Made by a program: the position numbers and the translations under genes. A stretch of 48,661 nucleotides of DNA from Sulfurospirillum sp. GTDB taxonomy: Bacteria > Campylobacterota > Campylobacteria > Campylobacterales > Sulfurospirillaceae. Below the pieces are notes generated by a model. The model made no database searches. It was not told the origin of the DNA and worked only from the letters and a program-made list of their open reading frames with translations. Below, piece by piece: positions 29,318-39,707 of this stretch (position 1 is its first letter; each line of letters begins with the position of its first letter). The DNA lies in the NCBI GenBank assembly GCA_045047115.1, contig JASFYR010000025.1, forward strand, positions 1-48,661. The letters run 5' to 3'.

Positions 29318-29680
29318 CTAAACACTGGCAAGTGTTATGGAAAATGTCCCTTTTGCAATTACAGTGTCGTTTTTAAAAATTTCAAACGAAAGAGATTTGA
29401 AATTTTCTATCTTTTGGTTTAGTTTTATACTTGCTATATATTCCCTGGAGTCTATAATTTCAAGTAGTTTTATATTTTTCAGAGTCACTAAAAAACCCAT
29501 CTTTCCATCATTTTCATCATCATCTATGCCGGAAGAACTTTGTGCTGCTGCCTCTATAAACATTGGCAGAGTTGGAATCTTCTCAAAAGCTATCTTTACC
29601 GATGCACTCTTTTCATCTGCATTTAAGAGTGATTTTACAAATCTAACGGGTGCAAGATGCGGAATGGAAAAATCGGACAT
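29318..29680 (-). CDS. Hotdog-fold 3-hydroxyacyl-ACP dehydratase
   Basis: IPH..P.RFV, IEAAAQ, GFL motifs. Confidence 0.8.
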   Translation of the reverse strand: MSDFSIPHLAPVRFVKSLLNADEKSASVKIAFEKIPTLPMFIEAAAQSSSGIDDDENDGKMGFLVTLKNIKLLEIIDSREYIASIKLNQKIENFKSLSFEIFKNDTVIAKGTFSITLASV

Positions 29681-29683
29681 ATA

Positions 29684-29947
29684 CTAGCTGTCTGCTTTTA
29701 GCTCAGAATTTATATAAGTCACCAAAGTCTTTGGAGTAGAAAAGATGTTTTCACTCTCGCCCATATCTTTTATCTTTACTCCAAACTCTTTTTCGATAAT
29801 AAGTGTTAATTCGATCGCATCAACACTATCAAGCCCTAAACCATCTTCTCCAAAAAGAGGCATATCATCTTCAATCTCATCTATGCCTATATCTTCAAGC
29901 CCAAGCCCTGCTATTATCTTCTCTTTTAAATCATCTGTTGTTATCAA
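29684..29947 (-). CDS. Acyl carrier protein (ApeE-like)
   Basis: PLFGEDGLGLDSVDAIEL phosphopantetheine site. Confidence 0.92.
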   Translation of the reverse strand: MITTDDLKEKIIAGLGLEDIGIDEIEDDMPLFGEDGLGLDSVDAIELTLIIEKEFGVKIKDMGESENIFSTPKTLVTYINSELKADS

Positions 29948-29983
29948 AACATTCTCCGTTAAATTTTTTTTTGAATTATATCT

Positions 29984-31135
29984 TTATATCTCTTTAAAAC
30001 CAATTTTTTTGCCTACTGAACTTCTTGTGATCTTTACATCATTAAAAATCTTAAAAGCTATATTCATAGCTCCAAAATGCTCTTTTAGGGTTTTTCTCAA
30101 CAGCTTTGCGTCAAGTCCCTTTTTAGATTCTACATATATATCCAAAATCTCATCCTTAAGTGCTCGCTCATCTCTTCTTATCTTTATAAGAGCACAGTCA
30201 ATTCCCTCCATTGCCTCTATGATACCTTCTATCTGCTGGGTTGAGATCCTCTTTCCTGCTATTTTTGCAAGGTTTGAGCTTCGCCCTAAAAGCCTAAACT
30301 CGGTGTCGCTCAAGATTTCAACTATATCTTCAGTCTGAAATGGCGGATTAACATCTTCTACTACTCCGTTGTTTATAATCTTTTTTGCAACAAATGGAGA
30401 TGAGACTCTTAACATATTGTATTTCACATCAATCTCTACGCCATCATAAGCCTTTAGTATCTGTTCATCATCTATCTTGTGCCCCATCAAGCCTGTTTCA
30501 GTAGATGCAAAAAGCTGAGAAACAGATGTATTGTAAAGCTCGTGAAACTCTCTACCATCCTCTTTTGGGACGGGGGCCGTTGAAGTCAAGAAGTATGAAC
30601 CACTAAAATCAGCATCTTTTTTTATCCTGTTTAACGCTTTGATAAATACCGGCGTAGTCACTATCAAAGTACCCTCTTTCTCAGCTTCTCTTGCTAACTC
30701 TTCAGGTAAAAAATTCTCTTTTGTCCAAATATCAACATCCAACATCCAAGGCACAACCGCACCTATATCTACACCATAAATGTGCACAAAAGGGACTGTT
30801 GTGACGACTCTGTTAAACTTCTTGCCTTCCAAAGTTCTCAAAAGTGCCTCTGCCTGTTTTATGGAGTTTTCTTTTGTCTTGAAAACACCTGTAGGCAAAC
30901 CGGTTGTACCTGATGTAAAATAGAGAAATTGAAAGCCGTCTTGTTTGAGTATATTCTGCTCCAATGAGTTTATATACTTAACCAAAGCCGGTTGTGATTT
31001 GTCGTATATAACTTCAAATATATCATTTGCAAAGCAGTGTAGAGCATGAGAGAGCTGTTCTACCTTTGTAGCAGGATTTTTTATCTCTTTTATATTTACA
31101 TAACATCTATTGTCCATATCATAAATTTTCATCAA
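29984..31135 (-). CDS. AMP-dependent acyl-ACP/CoA ligase (ApeH-like)
   Basis: FTSGTTG.P, VP..H.YG, TTP, STETG, D...GR....KIAGKR. Confidence 0.87.
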   Translation of the reverse strand: MMKIYDMDNRCYVNIKEIKNPATKVEQLSHALHCFANDIFEVIYDKSQPALVKYINSLEQNILKQDGFQFLYFTSGTTGLPTGVFKTKENSIKQAEALLRTLEGKKFNRVVTTVPFVHIYGVDIGAVVPWMLDVDIWTKENFLPEELAREAEKEGTLIVTTPVFIKALNRIKKDADFSGSYFLTSTAPVPKEDGREFHELYNTSVSQLFASTETGLMGHKIDDEQILKAYDGVEIDVKYNMLRVSSPFVAKKIINNGVVEDVNPPFQTEDIVEILSDTEFRLLGRSSNLAKIAGKRISTQQIEGIIEAMEGIDCALIKIRRDERALKDEILDIYVESKKGLDAKLLRKTLKEHFGAMNIAFKIFNDVKITRSSVGKKIGFKEI

Positions 31136-31153
31136 ATATCTCCTTTGAGATAG

Positions 31154-33244
31154 CTATTTTTTCAAAGGTACTATTTTACCATAAAGCAGAAAAAATATCG
31201 ACCCGATTCCGACTGTGATTACAAAGCCTATAGAGTGCATGGCTGCTGTTTTGCTAAATATTAAAACACCAAAACCAAAAAAAGTACTCAAAAGCGCATA
31301 TCTTATGGCCAATCTCGTCTCTTTTAGAGTCTTGGTTTTATGCAGATATATACCGTAGTCTATACTTATGGCTATCAAAATAACAAGTGCGAATATGTGC
31401 ATGATATTTATTTTGCCAAAAAAAGATATAGAAAAAAGCACCACACTAAGCGGAAAGAGAAGATATGCAAGCGGATAGAGCATCTCTTTGCCAAATGTAA
31501 AAAAAAGCACTCCTATGATAAAAACAACAGATAAAATCATATATATTTCAAGCCTGTCCTTCATGTCTTTGGTATCTTTTGCCAATGTTTTGCCCAGATC
31601 AACTATCTCATAAAGAGTACTTGGCTTCAATAGACTCTTTTGTATAAGTGCCATCGTATAGCAACTACCCTTATCATTTATAATTTTAAACTTTGTTCCA
31701 TCCACAATGTTACTCTGACACTTTGTCTTATCTACTCCATAGTAAGCATTTTTAAAAGTCTTTTTGCTAAAACCCATCTTTTTTGCCAGCTCATTTATAG
31801 AGTCTTTTACTTTTTTGAAATTCTGTTTTTTTAGCTCACCTATCCTCATTTGACACTTTTTATGACTCAAAATAAACTTGCCGATTCCAAGCATCTTGGG
31901 GTAAATATCCTCTATCTTTTCATACTTTTGCAAAAGTTTTTCTCTACTTCTTGCCTCTATGATAATGGCTCTGTATCTATCGTTTTGCAATCCATCACGA
32001 AAGATTTTGGATAGTTTTAAAAGTTTTGTGTTGTGGTAATCAAGATTTTTAAGGTTACTATCAAAACTCAGATTAAAATAAGCAAATCCAAATAAAATCA
32101 GTGAAACTATCATCACAAACAGAGGATTAAAGCTTCTCTTTCTGCTCTGCTCTGCTTTGATAATCGGCGCTTTGATATCCAAATAGACAAATGCCCAGGT
32201 AAAGAGCATATAAGCAACACTTAGTGATATCACGCTAAAGATAGCAAGTTGAGCAAAAAGCTCAATATCTATAAAGCTGAAAATCACAAAGACTCCGACA
32301 GTAGTCAAAAAACCAAAAAACACTCTTTTTTGAAATTTTCTTTTTTTAGCAGAAAAATAGCCGTGAAAATAGTAATGAAACATATAATCTATAGAGATAC
32401 TAGTGATACTGACTCCAAATACAACTGCCAGAATACTGATACTTTTAAAAAACAGAGATGTAAGTAAAATTGCACTCAAAATCGAACTTCCGATAGCAAG
32501 CACAGCATTAAAAAAAAGTTTGTGGTTTTTTAATATCACAAAATAGAGCAACAAAAGCAACATAGATGAAATCAGCATTATCTTTTGAGCATCCCCTCTT
32601 ATATAAGCCGAGTTTTCTACAAGAAAATAGAATGGGGCAAACGAAATAGCATCGGGATAGTTTTTAAGTATAGAGTTAATCTTATCGTAAATAACTCTGG
32701 CCGATTCAGCATCTGCTGTATCTACACTGGTTTCTGCTCGCAAAAGATATCCATAATTTTTCACTCTTTGATATCCGTCACCATCGCCAAAATTTAAACT
32801 AAAAAGTCCTAAAGGATCATAAGTGTTCACAGGTTGGTACAGTACTGAACTATATATATCGTCATGTATCTTTTGGAGTCTCTTTTTTATATCATTTTTT
32901 GTAATTTTAGAATTGTTGAAATCTGCCAAAAGATAGTAGTTTTTTCTAAAATACTCCTTCATATCTTTTGATGTTCCATGAGATAGTTCAACTTTTGAAA
33001 TCAGCGGTGTTTTCTTCAGTATTTTTGCTATTTTATTTAACTCATTTAGTGATTTCTCATCAAAACCTTTTGTGCTGATAAGTATCTCATTTGAGAGTCC
33101 TAATTTTTTAGCTACGCTAAAGAGTTGCAGACTTTTTTTGGAAAAAAATATCTCGATAAAATTTGTAGAAAAGCTGATATGAGAAGCAAATATCAGATAT
33201 AAAAAACATAAAATACCAAAAATAGCTATATTTACATACTTCAT
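31154..33244 (-). CDS. MMPL/RND-like lipid exporter
   Basis: Two 1+5 TM repeats, each with a S(I)SIDY motif, and large periplasmic loops. Confidence 0.8.
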   Translation of the reverse strand: MKYVNIAIFGILCFLYLIFASHISFSTNFIEIFFSKKSLQLFSVAKKLGLSNEILISTKGFDEKSLNELNKIAKILKKTPLISKVELSHGTSKDMKEYFRKNYYLLADFNNSKITKNDIKKRLQKIHDDIYSSVLYQPVNTYDPLGLFSLNFGDGDGYQRVKNYGYLLRAETSVDTADAESARVIYDKINSILKNYPDAISFAPFYFLVENSAYIRGDAQKIMLISSMLLLLLYFVILKNHKLFFNAVLAIGSSILSAILLTSLFFKSISILAVVFGVSITSISIDYMFHYYFHGYFSAKKRKFQKRVFFGFLTTVGVFVIFSFIDIELFAQLAIFSVISLSVAYMLFTWAFVYLDIKAPIIKAEQSRKRSFNPLFVMIVSLILFGFAYFNLSFDSNLKNLDYHNTKLLKLSKIFRDGLQNDRYRAIIIEARSREKLLQKYEKIEDIYPKMLGIGKFILSHKKCQMRIGELKKQNFKKVKDSINELAKKMGFSKKTFKNAYYGVDKTKCQSNIVDGTKFKIINDKGSCYTMALIQKSLLKPSTLYEIVDLGKTLAKDTKDMKDRLEIYMILSVVFIIGVLFFTFGKEMLYPLAYLLFPLSVVLFSISFFGKINIMHIFALVILIAISIDYGIYLHKTKTLKETRLAIRYALLSTFFGFGVLIFSKTAAMHSIGFVITVGIGSIFFLLYGKIVPLKK

Positions 33245-33717
33245 TTTTTAACAATTTTTATCGTATCTTCATTTGGCATAAACATCTTAAAGCTTTGAAC
33301 TTTAGAGTTTTTTATATAGACCTCAGCCTTATCTATTCTCTCTCCTATATCTCCTTTAAAAGTTATATAGTAGGTATCTCCTTCTTTTTGCACATCAAAA
33401 TCCCGATTTGATTTTAGTTTTTTAAAATTACCAAGCCTTGTCATAATGTCTATAAAAGATTTAGCATACAAATTTGCTTTTCCCTTTAGATGATATAGTT
33501 TTCCCTGCAAATCTTCTATAGTAACATTTGTATCTGTTTTTATGATTTTTTTATATGAGGGCTCCTTATATATGATAACTGTTCTGTTTTTCTTAACATC
33601 TATATGTCCACTTTTTTGAAACTCGCTCGATACAGCTTTGATATACTTATACTCGTCAAAATTATATGAGTTGGCAAAAAGTACAATATGCAGAAACAAA
33701 ATCAAGATAAAGCGCAT
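33241..33717 (-). CDS. LolA-like periplasmic carrier
   Basis: Signal peptide, F.E.K......SG, P..K, terminal D...I pattern; typical position in aryl-polyene clusters. Confidence 0.65.
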   Translation of the reverse strand: MRFILILFLHIVLFANSYNFDEYKYIKAVSSEFQKSGHIDVKKNRTVIIYKEPSYKKIIKTDTNVTIEDLQGKLYHLKGKANLYAKSFIDIMTRLGNFKKLKSNRDFDVQKEGDTYYITFKGDIGERIDKAEVYIKNSKVQSFKMFMPNEDTIKIVKK

Positions 33718-34442
33718 AATCTATCCTTTTCCTCTTGCATTATAGCTTGAGCATACCTCATCAATTCTATCTCATTTTTAAAATCTTTTGGATATAGGGG
33801 TGAGAGTATCTTTAGATACATTTTTTCTCTCCTTGAAGTCTTAAAACACCAGCTTTTTCTCGGTAAAAATTTATATGCACCCTCTACTACCATTGGGACA
33901 ACAGGTCTGTTTTTCTTCATAGCTAATTTAAATGCCCCTCTTTTAAAAGGCAAGAGTCTATCGCCTCTATGTCTTGTACCTTCCGGAAAATATATGACAT
34001 TTTTTCCGATATCCAAGTGATTTTCAAGCTCTCTTTGCATATGTGCTATCTCGCTTAGAGATTTTCCTTTGATATATCTCACTCCGACAGCATGAGTAAT
34101 TTTCTTTACAAAAGGATATTTTCCAAGATTTACATTTGCAAAAATCAGATAATTTTTGACATACATTGCAAATGCCGGAAAATCTAAAATAGACTGATGC
34201 GTAGAGATATAAACTGCTCCTTCAGGCATAGTCTTGGGCACATCTGCTTTTAAGATGATACAAGGAACAAGCGCGTAAAAAAGTCTATATGAAAGAGCAG
34301 AAGCCCACTGAAAATAGTGTTGTGAATCCTTTATGAACGGTCTAAAAATAAAATATATCAAAAACCCCGGAATCATCATACCAATAAGCAGACCGAAAAA
34401 TATAAAATGTCCGATACTACCTAGTATGCACTTTAACACCAT
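33702..34442 (-). CDS. Lysophospholipid acyltransferase (PlsC-like)
   Basis: THQSILD (HxxxxD), FPEGTR, FKRGAF. Start moved to ATG 34442 with AAAGGT SD. Confidence 0.88.
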   Translation of the reverse strand: MVLKCILGSIGHFIFFGLLIGMMIPGFLIYFIFRPFIKDSQHYFQWASALSYRLFYALVPCIILKADVPKTMPEGAVYISTHQSILDFPAFAMYVKNYLIFANVNLGKYPFVKKITHAVGVRYIKGKSLSEIAHMQRELENHLDIGKNVIYFPEGTRHRGDRLLPFKRGAFKLAMKKNRPVVPMVVEGAYKFLPRKSWCFKTSRREKMYLKILSPLYPKDFKNEIELMRYAQAIMQEEKDRLCALS

Positions 34443-34959
34443 AAACCTTTCCATAAACAATTTGTGTGATTAGAGCCACAAAAAAGAGGATATACCAACC
34501 AATTGATGAGTAAAAAGCCCAGACAATATCGCTGGTAAAATTTACTACATAGAGGTGTATGAGCGTATTTATAAGCATCACTATCACCCAGTACCCATCA
34601 CCTTTTTTTAAAAATTCTATCTCCCTAGCACTAAGTTCTTTCTTGTAAAACTCTCTTGTAAAGCCCAAAACCATATACTTTTTATTGAAATGGGCATCTA
34701 TAAACAGAAGTGTAAATATAATCGAGAGGGTCACTGGTATATACTTTACAGTTTGAAATGATGAAAAGTAGTAAGCGATGCCAAGAATCAAAACAAAAAC
34801 AGACGGAATCACGATATCCTTATAGCTCTTCATCTTAAAAAATTGATATACAAAATACAAAAGAGCCATCACAAGATAGCCCAGTACTACTTCTGTAAAC
34901 TTGAAATAGTGTATGAGAAGTACAAACATCGGAGCCAAAATGATGTTTGCATACTTCAT
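34417..34959 (-). CDS. Membrane protein of aryl-polyene-type clusters (ApeG-like)
   Basis: Multi-TM protein with K..P and W..Y...GWY pattern; context. Confidence 0.65.
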   Translation of the reverse strand: MKYANIILAPMFVLLIHYFKFTEVVLGYLVMALLYFVYQFFKMKSYKDIVIPSVFVLILGIAYYFSSFQTVKYIPVTLSIIFTLLFIDAHFNKKYMVLGFTREFYKKELSAREIEFLKKGDGYWVIVMLINTLIHLYVVNFTSDIVWAFYSSIGWYILFFVALITQIVYGKVYGVKVHTR

Positions 34960-35652
34960 CTATCTTACCATACCACCGCTTATATTTAAGATCTCACCTG
35001 TTACATATGTTGCCTTGTCTCCAAGGAAAAAGACACATTCTGCCACTTCCTCAGGTTTTCCTATTCTCTTTAGGGGTATATCTTTTTTGATGTTCTTTAT
35101 ATCCAAATCTTTTGTCATCTCAGACTTTATGAGTCCTGGAGCCACTGCATTTACACGAATTTTATAGCGGGCAAGTTCTATACTGAGTGCTTTGGTAAAA
35201 GCTATCATAGCGCCTTTTGCGGCAGAGTAGTTTGTTTGACCCATATTTCCCACCAAACCAGATACGGAAGCCACATTGACTATGGAGCAGTTTTTGCGGC
35301 TTATCATATTTTTTAGCACTGCTTTTGTAACATTGTAAGTACCATTTACTGAAGTGTTTATCACTTCACTCCACTCCTCTTTTTCCATCCAAAAAAAGAG
35401 CTTATCTTTTGTAATACCGACATTATTAACCAAAACATCAAGTTCTAAATCTTCTAGTTTTGCAAAAACCTCATCTGTATCCAAAATGTCAAAACGGATA
35501 ATTTGGGAGTTTTTGAGCTCTTCTTGAAGCTCGTTTGCTTTTTGTTCATTACCTCTATAGTGCAGATAGACAAAGTATCCATTTTTATAAAAATACCTGC
35601 TTATCGCTTCACCTATAGCTCCGGTTGAGCCAGTAACTAAAACTTTTTTCAT
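34960..35652 (-). CDS. 3-oxoacyl-ACP reductase (FabG-like)
   Basis: VTGSTGAIG, LVNN.GI..D, GQTNYSAAK, VNAVAPG. Confidence 0.93.
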   Translation of the reverse strand: MKKVLVTGSTGAIGEAISRYFYKNGYFVYLHYRGNEQKANELQEELKNSQIIRFDILDTDEVFAKLEDLELDVLVNNVGITKDKLFFWMEKEEWSEVINTSVNGTYNVTKAVLKNMISRKNCSIVNVASVSGLVGNMGQTNYSAAKGAMIAFTKALSIELARYKIRVNAVAPGLIKSEMTKDLDIKNIKKDIPLKRIGKPEEVAECVFFLGDKATYVTGEILNISGGMVR

Positions 35653-37163
35653 ACAAATTTACCCTCAAGCAACATTCTATTTACTGCTTTTATATCTATA
35701 TCCATTCTTCTATCATTTCTCAGGGTTGCTACCTCTTTTCTTATCTCATTGTAACAATTTTGAAGATGAGCAGAGCACTTCTCATATCCCCTGATATCAA
35801 CCGCTTGGGCAATTCCCAAAAATCCGATACTTAGCATATTTGCCAAATCTGGAAGCTGTTTTGCAAAGTTTCTTGCACTTGTTGTTCCCATACTTACTTT
35901 GTCTTGGTTTAGTGATTCAGTAGAGCGAGAGTACAGGGATGCTGCATTTGTATTCATCAATATATCAGCACTTAGAGAACTTAGTGTTATTTGTATGAGT
36001 TTAAAAGCGTGATGAGTAGGACTCTTGTTGATCTTGAGATTTTCCCCCAACCCTTTGTTAAACTTATGATCAATTAGCAATGCAAACTCTTTATCTAGCA
36101 AATCAGCTATATTTCCCACACAAATCCTCATCGTATCCATCGCATGTGCTATATATCCGCCATAAAAATTTCCCGAAGTGTAGATTCTTTTCCCTATGTG
36201 ATCTATTAGAGGATTATCATTTACTCCATTTATCTCAGTCTCTATCCACTTTTTTGCAATCTCGAGATTATCTCTTACTACACCTAAAACTTGAGGAGCA
36301 CACCTGATTGAGTATCTGTCTTGTATATTTTGTTCTTTTTCCTGCTGAAAATTTTCACATCTGCTAAATGCCGCTTGAGTCAGTTTTGATCCTTCGCATT
36401 TTGCCAAGATATTTGCTGCTGCTTTTATCTGTCCGTCAAATGGTTTGCTTTCATGCACAAATGGCTCCAAAGCAGTCGTATCGCAAATCAAAACTTCATA
36501 AATACCCGATACAAAACTCTCAATACTCCTAAGTAAAATCTCAAATCTACTTATAGCGTCTATTGCGATAGCACTCATGGTAGCTGTCCCATTTATGACG
36601 CCAAGTGCCTCTTTCGCCTTGAATTGATATGGCTTTATACCCAGCTCTTCATAAACATCCTGTGCCTTTCTCTGCTCATCTTTATATATAACTTCTCTCT
36701 CACCGGCAATCACAGCAGCAATATAGGACAAAGGAGCCAAATCTCCACTTGCTCCGACAGAGCCTTGAGATGGGATAAGTGGATATATCTCTAACTCTAA
36801 CAACAACTCAAATCTCTTCAAAAGATCATAACTGACACCGCTTTTACCTTTAGATAGGCTAATCAACCGTACAATCAACATAAGCCTGGAGACTTCAACA
36901 CTCAGATACTCTCCTACACCCACACCACAAAACCTGTATAGATTTTTCTGTAACTCTTGGGCTTCTTGCATGATGATAGCATTACAACCTGACTCACCAT
37001 AGCCTGTAGTTATCCCATATATCGGCTGACCACTTTGAATCTGCTCTACAAGATAATTGTGCCCTGCATTTATAAAATCCTTAAATTCTTTTTTATCACT
37101 TAATTTTATCTTTTGATTCAACCTAAAATCTTCATAATCCACCATACTGCTATCTATAATCAT
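35649..37163 (-). CDS. MIO-dependent aromatic amino acid ammonia-lyase (PAL-like)
   Basis: YGITTGYG, GSVGASGDLAPL (MIO), QDRYSIRCAPQ, DNP, GNF, NQDKVSMG. Confidence 0.9.
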   Translation of the reverse strand: MIIDSSMVDYEDFRLNQKIKLSDKKEFKDFINAGHNYLVEQIQSGQPIYGITTGYGESGCNAIIMQEAQELQKNLYRFCGVGVGEYLSVEVSRLMLIVRLISLSKGKSGVSYDLLKRFELLLELEIYPLIPSQGSVGASGDLAPLSYIAAVIAGEREVIYKDEQRKAQDVYEELGIKPYQFKAKEALGVINGTATMSAIAIDAISRFEILLRSIESFVSGIYEVLICDTTALEPFVHESKPFDGQIKAAANILAKCEGSKLTQAAFSRCENFQQEKEQNIQDRYSIRCAPQVLGVVRDNLEIAKKWIETEINGVNDNPLIDHIGKRIYTSGNFYGGYIAHAMDTMRICVGNIADLLDKEFALLIDHKFNKGLGENLKINKSPTHHAFKLIQITLSSLSADILMNTNAASLYSRSTESLNQDKVSMGTTSARNFAKQLPDLANMLSIGFLGIAQAVDIRGYEKCSAHLQNCYNEIRKEVATLRNDRRMDIDIKAVNRMLLEGKFV

Positions 37164-37165
37164 CT

Positions 37166-37813
37166 CTAAAGCTCCACCAAAATTTTATTTTTCCCATTTT
37201 CGCTCATCTTTACTATACTCATCAAATCAGACAAAGAGTCTATGATGCCTCTTATTTTTGTCTGTTCTATCACTACTGCTCCGGTTTTATCATCGCTAAC
37301 TTCCAGCATAACAGCAGCCCCGGCCTCGAGATAATTAGCACAACTGTTTATCTCATTTATATTTTTTATATTTATACACTCAACACAGACGCACAAAACT
37401 CTCTGTTTGGATACTAATGCCTGCAAAGCCGCCGTCTTGAGTGTCTCTAGTGAAGTCTTCATACCAGCCGATATAGTGATGATTTCATCTGTGTCTTTAT
37501 TTATGATAGAAAAGTACGATGGTGCTGTGTTGTAAACGCTGTTTTGAAAAGATGTAGGAGAAAGAAGCCTCTCTTCAAGAACTGCATTTGCTATCTTTGC
37601 CGTCTCTTCAAGCTCACTAAAACAAGTACCATATACTATCTTTCCACCCTCAAAGCCACACTTATCGCTTAAGTAAAGCATCACTTTTGCATTTCTTGTG
37701 AGTCGTCGTCGCATCATCATCTTTGGTACCAATCTTTTGTCTTCAAGGTCTTCAATCTTCTCTTTTGCATATATTTTTGCAAAACTGATTACATTTATAG
37801 CGATTGATTTCAT
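37166..37813 (-). CDS. Ketosynthase chain-length factor (non-catalytic)
   Basis: M.RRRL, LSPTSFQNSVYNTAP; no catalytic triad. Confidence 0.8.
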   Translation of the reverse strand: MKSIAINVISFAKIYAKEKIEDLEDKRLVPKMMMRRRLTRNAKVMLYLSDKCGFEGGKIVYGTCFSELEETAKIANAVLEERLLSPTSFQNSVYNTAPSYFSIINKDTDEIITISAGMKTSLETLKTAALQALVSKQRVLCVCVECINIKNINEINSCANYLEAGAAVMLEVSDDKTGAVVIEQTKIRGIIDSLSDLMSIVKMSENGKNKILVEL

Positions 37814-38907
37814 TGTGTTGCTCCAAACACCAAAGAGGCATTGTTTCCACCAAATGCAAATGAGTTACTTATAATGTTTCTTATATTTTTTTTTGCAGAT
37901 ATCATCGGAACATCTATATTTGGATTTTCCAACTTACTCAAGTTTGCCTGCGGTGGAATTAATGAGCGTTTTATACTCTCGCAGGAGATGATAGCCTCTA
38001 CTGCTCCGGCAGCTCCTAGCGTATGTCCCGTGATGGCCTTGGTGGAACTTACAGGCACACCTTTTTTTCCAAAAAGTATCTCTATGGCTTTTGCTTCAAC
38101 TCTGTCATTTGCAACAGTTGCTGTTCCATGAGCATTTACATAATCTATATCTTTGGGCTTCAAACCTGCATCATTTAGGGCATCTCTCATGGAGCTTACA
38201 GCGCCTGTCGCCTCCGGATCAGGATTTGTCATATGATAAGCATCACTACTTGCTCCTGCACCCTTTAGTTCTATCGAATTTTTATTTTTACTGTTTTGCA
38301 ATAAAAGTGCTGCTACCGCTTCGGCTACATTCATACCGTCTCTGTTTGCATCAAAAGGTCTGCACTGCGAACCAGAGAGAACGCTGAGTGCGTAAAATCC
38401 CAAGACTGTTGATTTACATAAACCGTCAGCTCCCACCACCAAGACATTTTCATAAGCATCAACATTTATGAGTCTTTTTGCCAAAAGAAGAGCATTCGCA
38501 CTAGATGTACAAGCGGTCGAGATAGCACGAGAGCCGCAAAAACCAAACTCTTTATCAAGAAAATCAGTCAATGCATTCATGGAATACCTGTTCGGGTCTA
38601 TATTTTTATAACTTTTTTGAGAGTAAAATATAGCCTCGCACTCTTGCATACCGCCCACGGAAGAGCCTAGTATCAAAAGAGTGCTGTGAAAATTCTCAAG
38701 ATTTGATTCTTTCAAAACTGTGCCTACTACCTCTTTCAAAAGAGTATAGATATCATCATACTGCATGATACCCAATCCCGCAGTAGCATCTTTGACATAG
38801 GAGTCATCAACTGTGATAGCAGACTCTTTATCATACACTGCGTCCATCAGATTTTTTGTATCTCCTGCATCACAAAGAAGCGCATAGTTGTTTATATAAC
38901 ATTTCAT
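37810..38907 (-). CDS. Beta-ketoacyl-ACP synthase (active)
   Basis: TACTSS (Cys), NAHGTAT (His), KAITGHTLGA (His), NSFAFGGNN. Confidence 0.93.
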   Translation of the reverse strand: MKCYINNYALLCDAGDTKNLMDAVYDKESAITVDDSYVKDATAGLGIMQYDDIYTLLKEVVGTVLKESNLENFHSTLLILGSSVGGMQECEAIFYSQKSYKNIDPNRYSMNALTDFLDKEFGFCGSRAISTACTSSANALLLAKRLINVDAYENVLVVGADGLCKSTVLGFYALSVLSGSQCRPFDANRDGMNVAEAVAALLLQNSKNKNSIELKGAGASSDAYHMTNPDPEATGAVSSMRDALNDAGLKPKDIDYVNAHGTATVANDRVEAKAIEILFGKKGVPVSSTKAITGHTLGAAGAVEAIISCESIKRSLIPPQANLSKLENPNIDVPMISAKKNIRNIISNSFAFGGNNASLVFGATQ

Positions 38908-39707
38908 TTTAATATCTTTAATTTTAATATCTTATATCTCTCTTCAAAACAATCCACATAAATTATCTCCTCTTTTTTTTCAACCGCTTTATTGATTTCA
39001 TAGCTTGCAATCGTCTCAAAAAACTTTAAATCTTTTTCACATCTTAACTCTTGGCACCTAAGAGAAGAGACTGCTTTGACATTGTTTCTTCTTATGATAT
39101 TTTTAACTTCATCTGGTGTATAACTTTTCGCATCAAATTCAATCATCGCCACAGCATCATCATCTCTAAGTGATAATTTTTGAAAATTTACACTGCTCGC
39201 AAACTCAATGCACTCGCTGAGACCTGAAACTCTTTTTGTTATCTCTTTTGGATAACTTAGCAGATCAACAGCACATATTATAGCATTTTTTCCTGAATTT
39301 CTTAGCGATGAATATACGCTGATGAGAGTATTTATATATGTAAAATTGTCTGAAATTTGAAATATATTTTTACCTTTCATTCCCAAAGATTTTGCTATAT
39401 AGTAGCTTGTTGTATTTCCCAAAAGATTTATAAAATCAAAAAGCTTAAGAGGTTCGTTGTCTTCATACATGTAGGTATTTATCTTTTGAACTATATCTAT
39501 ATTTCCAACGCCACTCGTAACATAGAGCTCATCATCAATCTCAATTTTTACCCTCTGTTTGAGCAGTTGAGCTCCATAAACCGACAGATGCATAAATCTG
39601 TCTTGCCTTCTTGTATCCAGTTTATACTTTTGTTTCAACTCTTTTTTGAAATCTATCTGCTCCAAATCATCTCTGTATGAGCTAAAATTTTGTATATACA
39701 GCTTCAA
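38904..39707 (-). CDS. Ketosynthase-like, non-catalytic (second CLF candidate)
   Basis: D.RR.DRF..L, P.L.DFINLLGN..; no Cys/His/His; directly follows a KS gene. Confidence 0.65.
   Translation of the reverse strand: MKLYIQNFSSYRDDLEQIDFKKELKQKYKLDTRRQDRFMHLSVYGAQLLKQRVKIEIDDELYVTSGVGNIDIVQKINTYMYEDNEPLKLFDFINLLGNTTSYYIAKSLGMKGKNIFQISDNFTYINTLISVYSSLRNSGKNAIICAVDLLSYPKEITKRVSGLSECIEFASSVNFQKLSLRDDDAVAMIEFDAKSYTPDEVKNIIRRNNVKAVSSLRCQELRCEKDLKFFETIASYEINKAVEKKEEIIYVDCFEERYKILKLKILK

Noticed and set aside
35649..37163. hutH histidine catabolism
   Set aside because: No hutU/I/G, it lacks the Ser-His and NQED HAL signatures, and it is embedded in a PKS operon.
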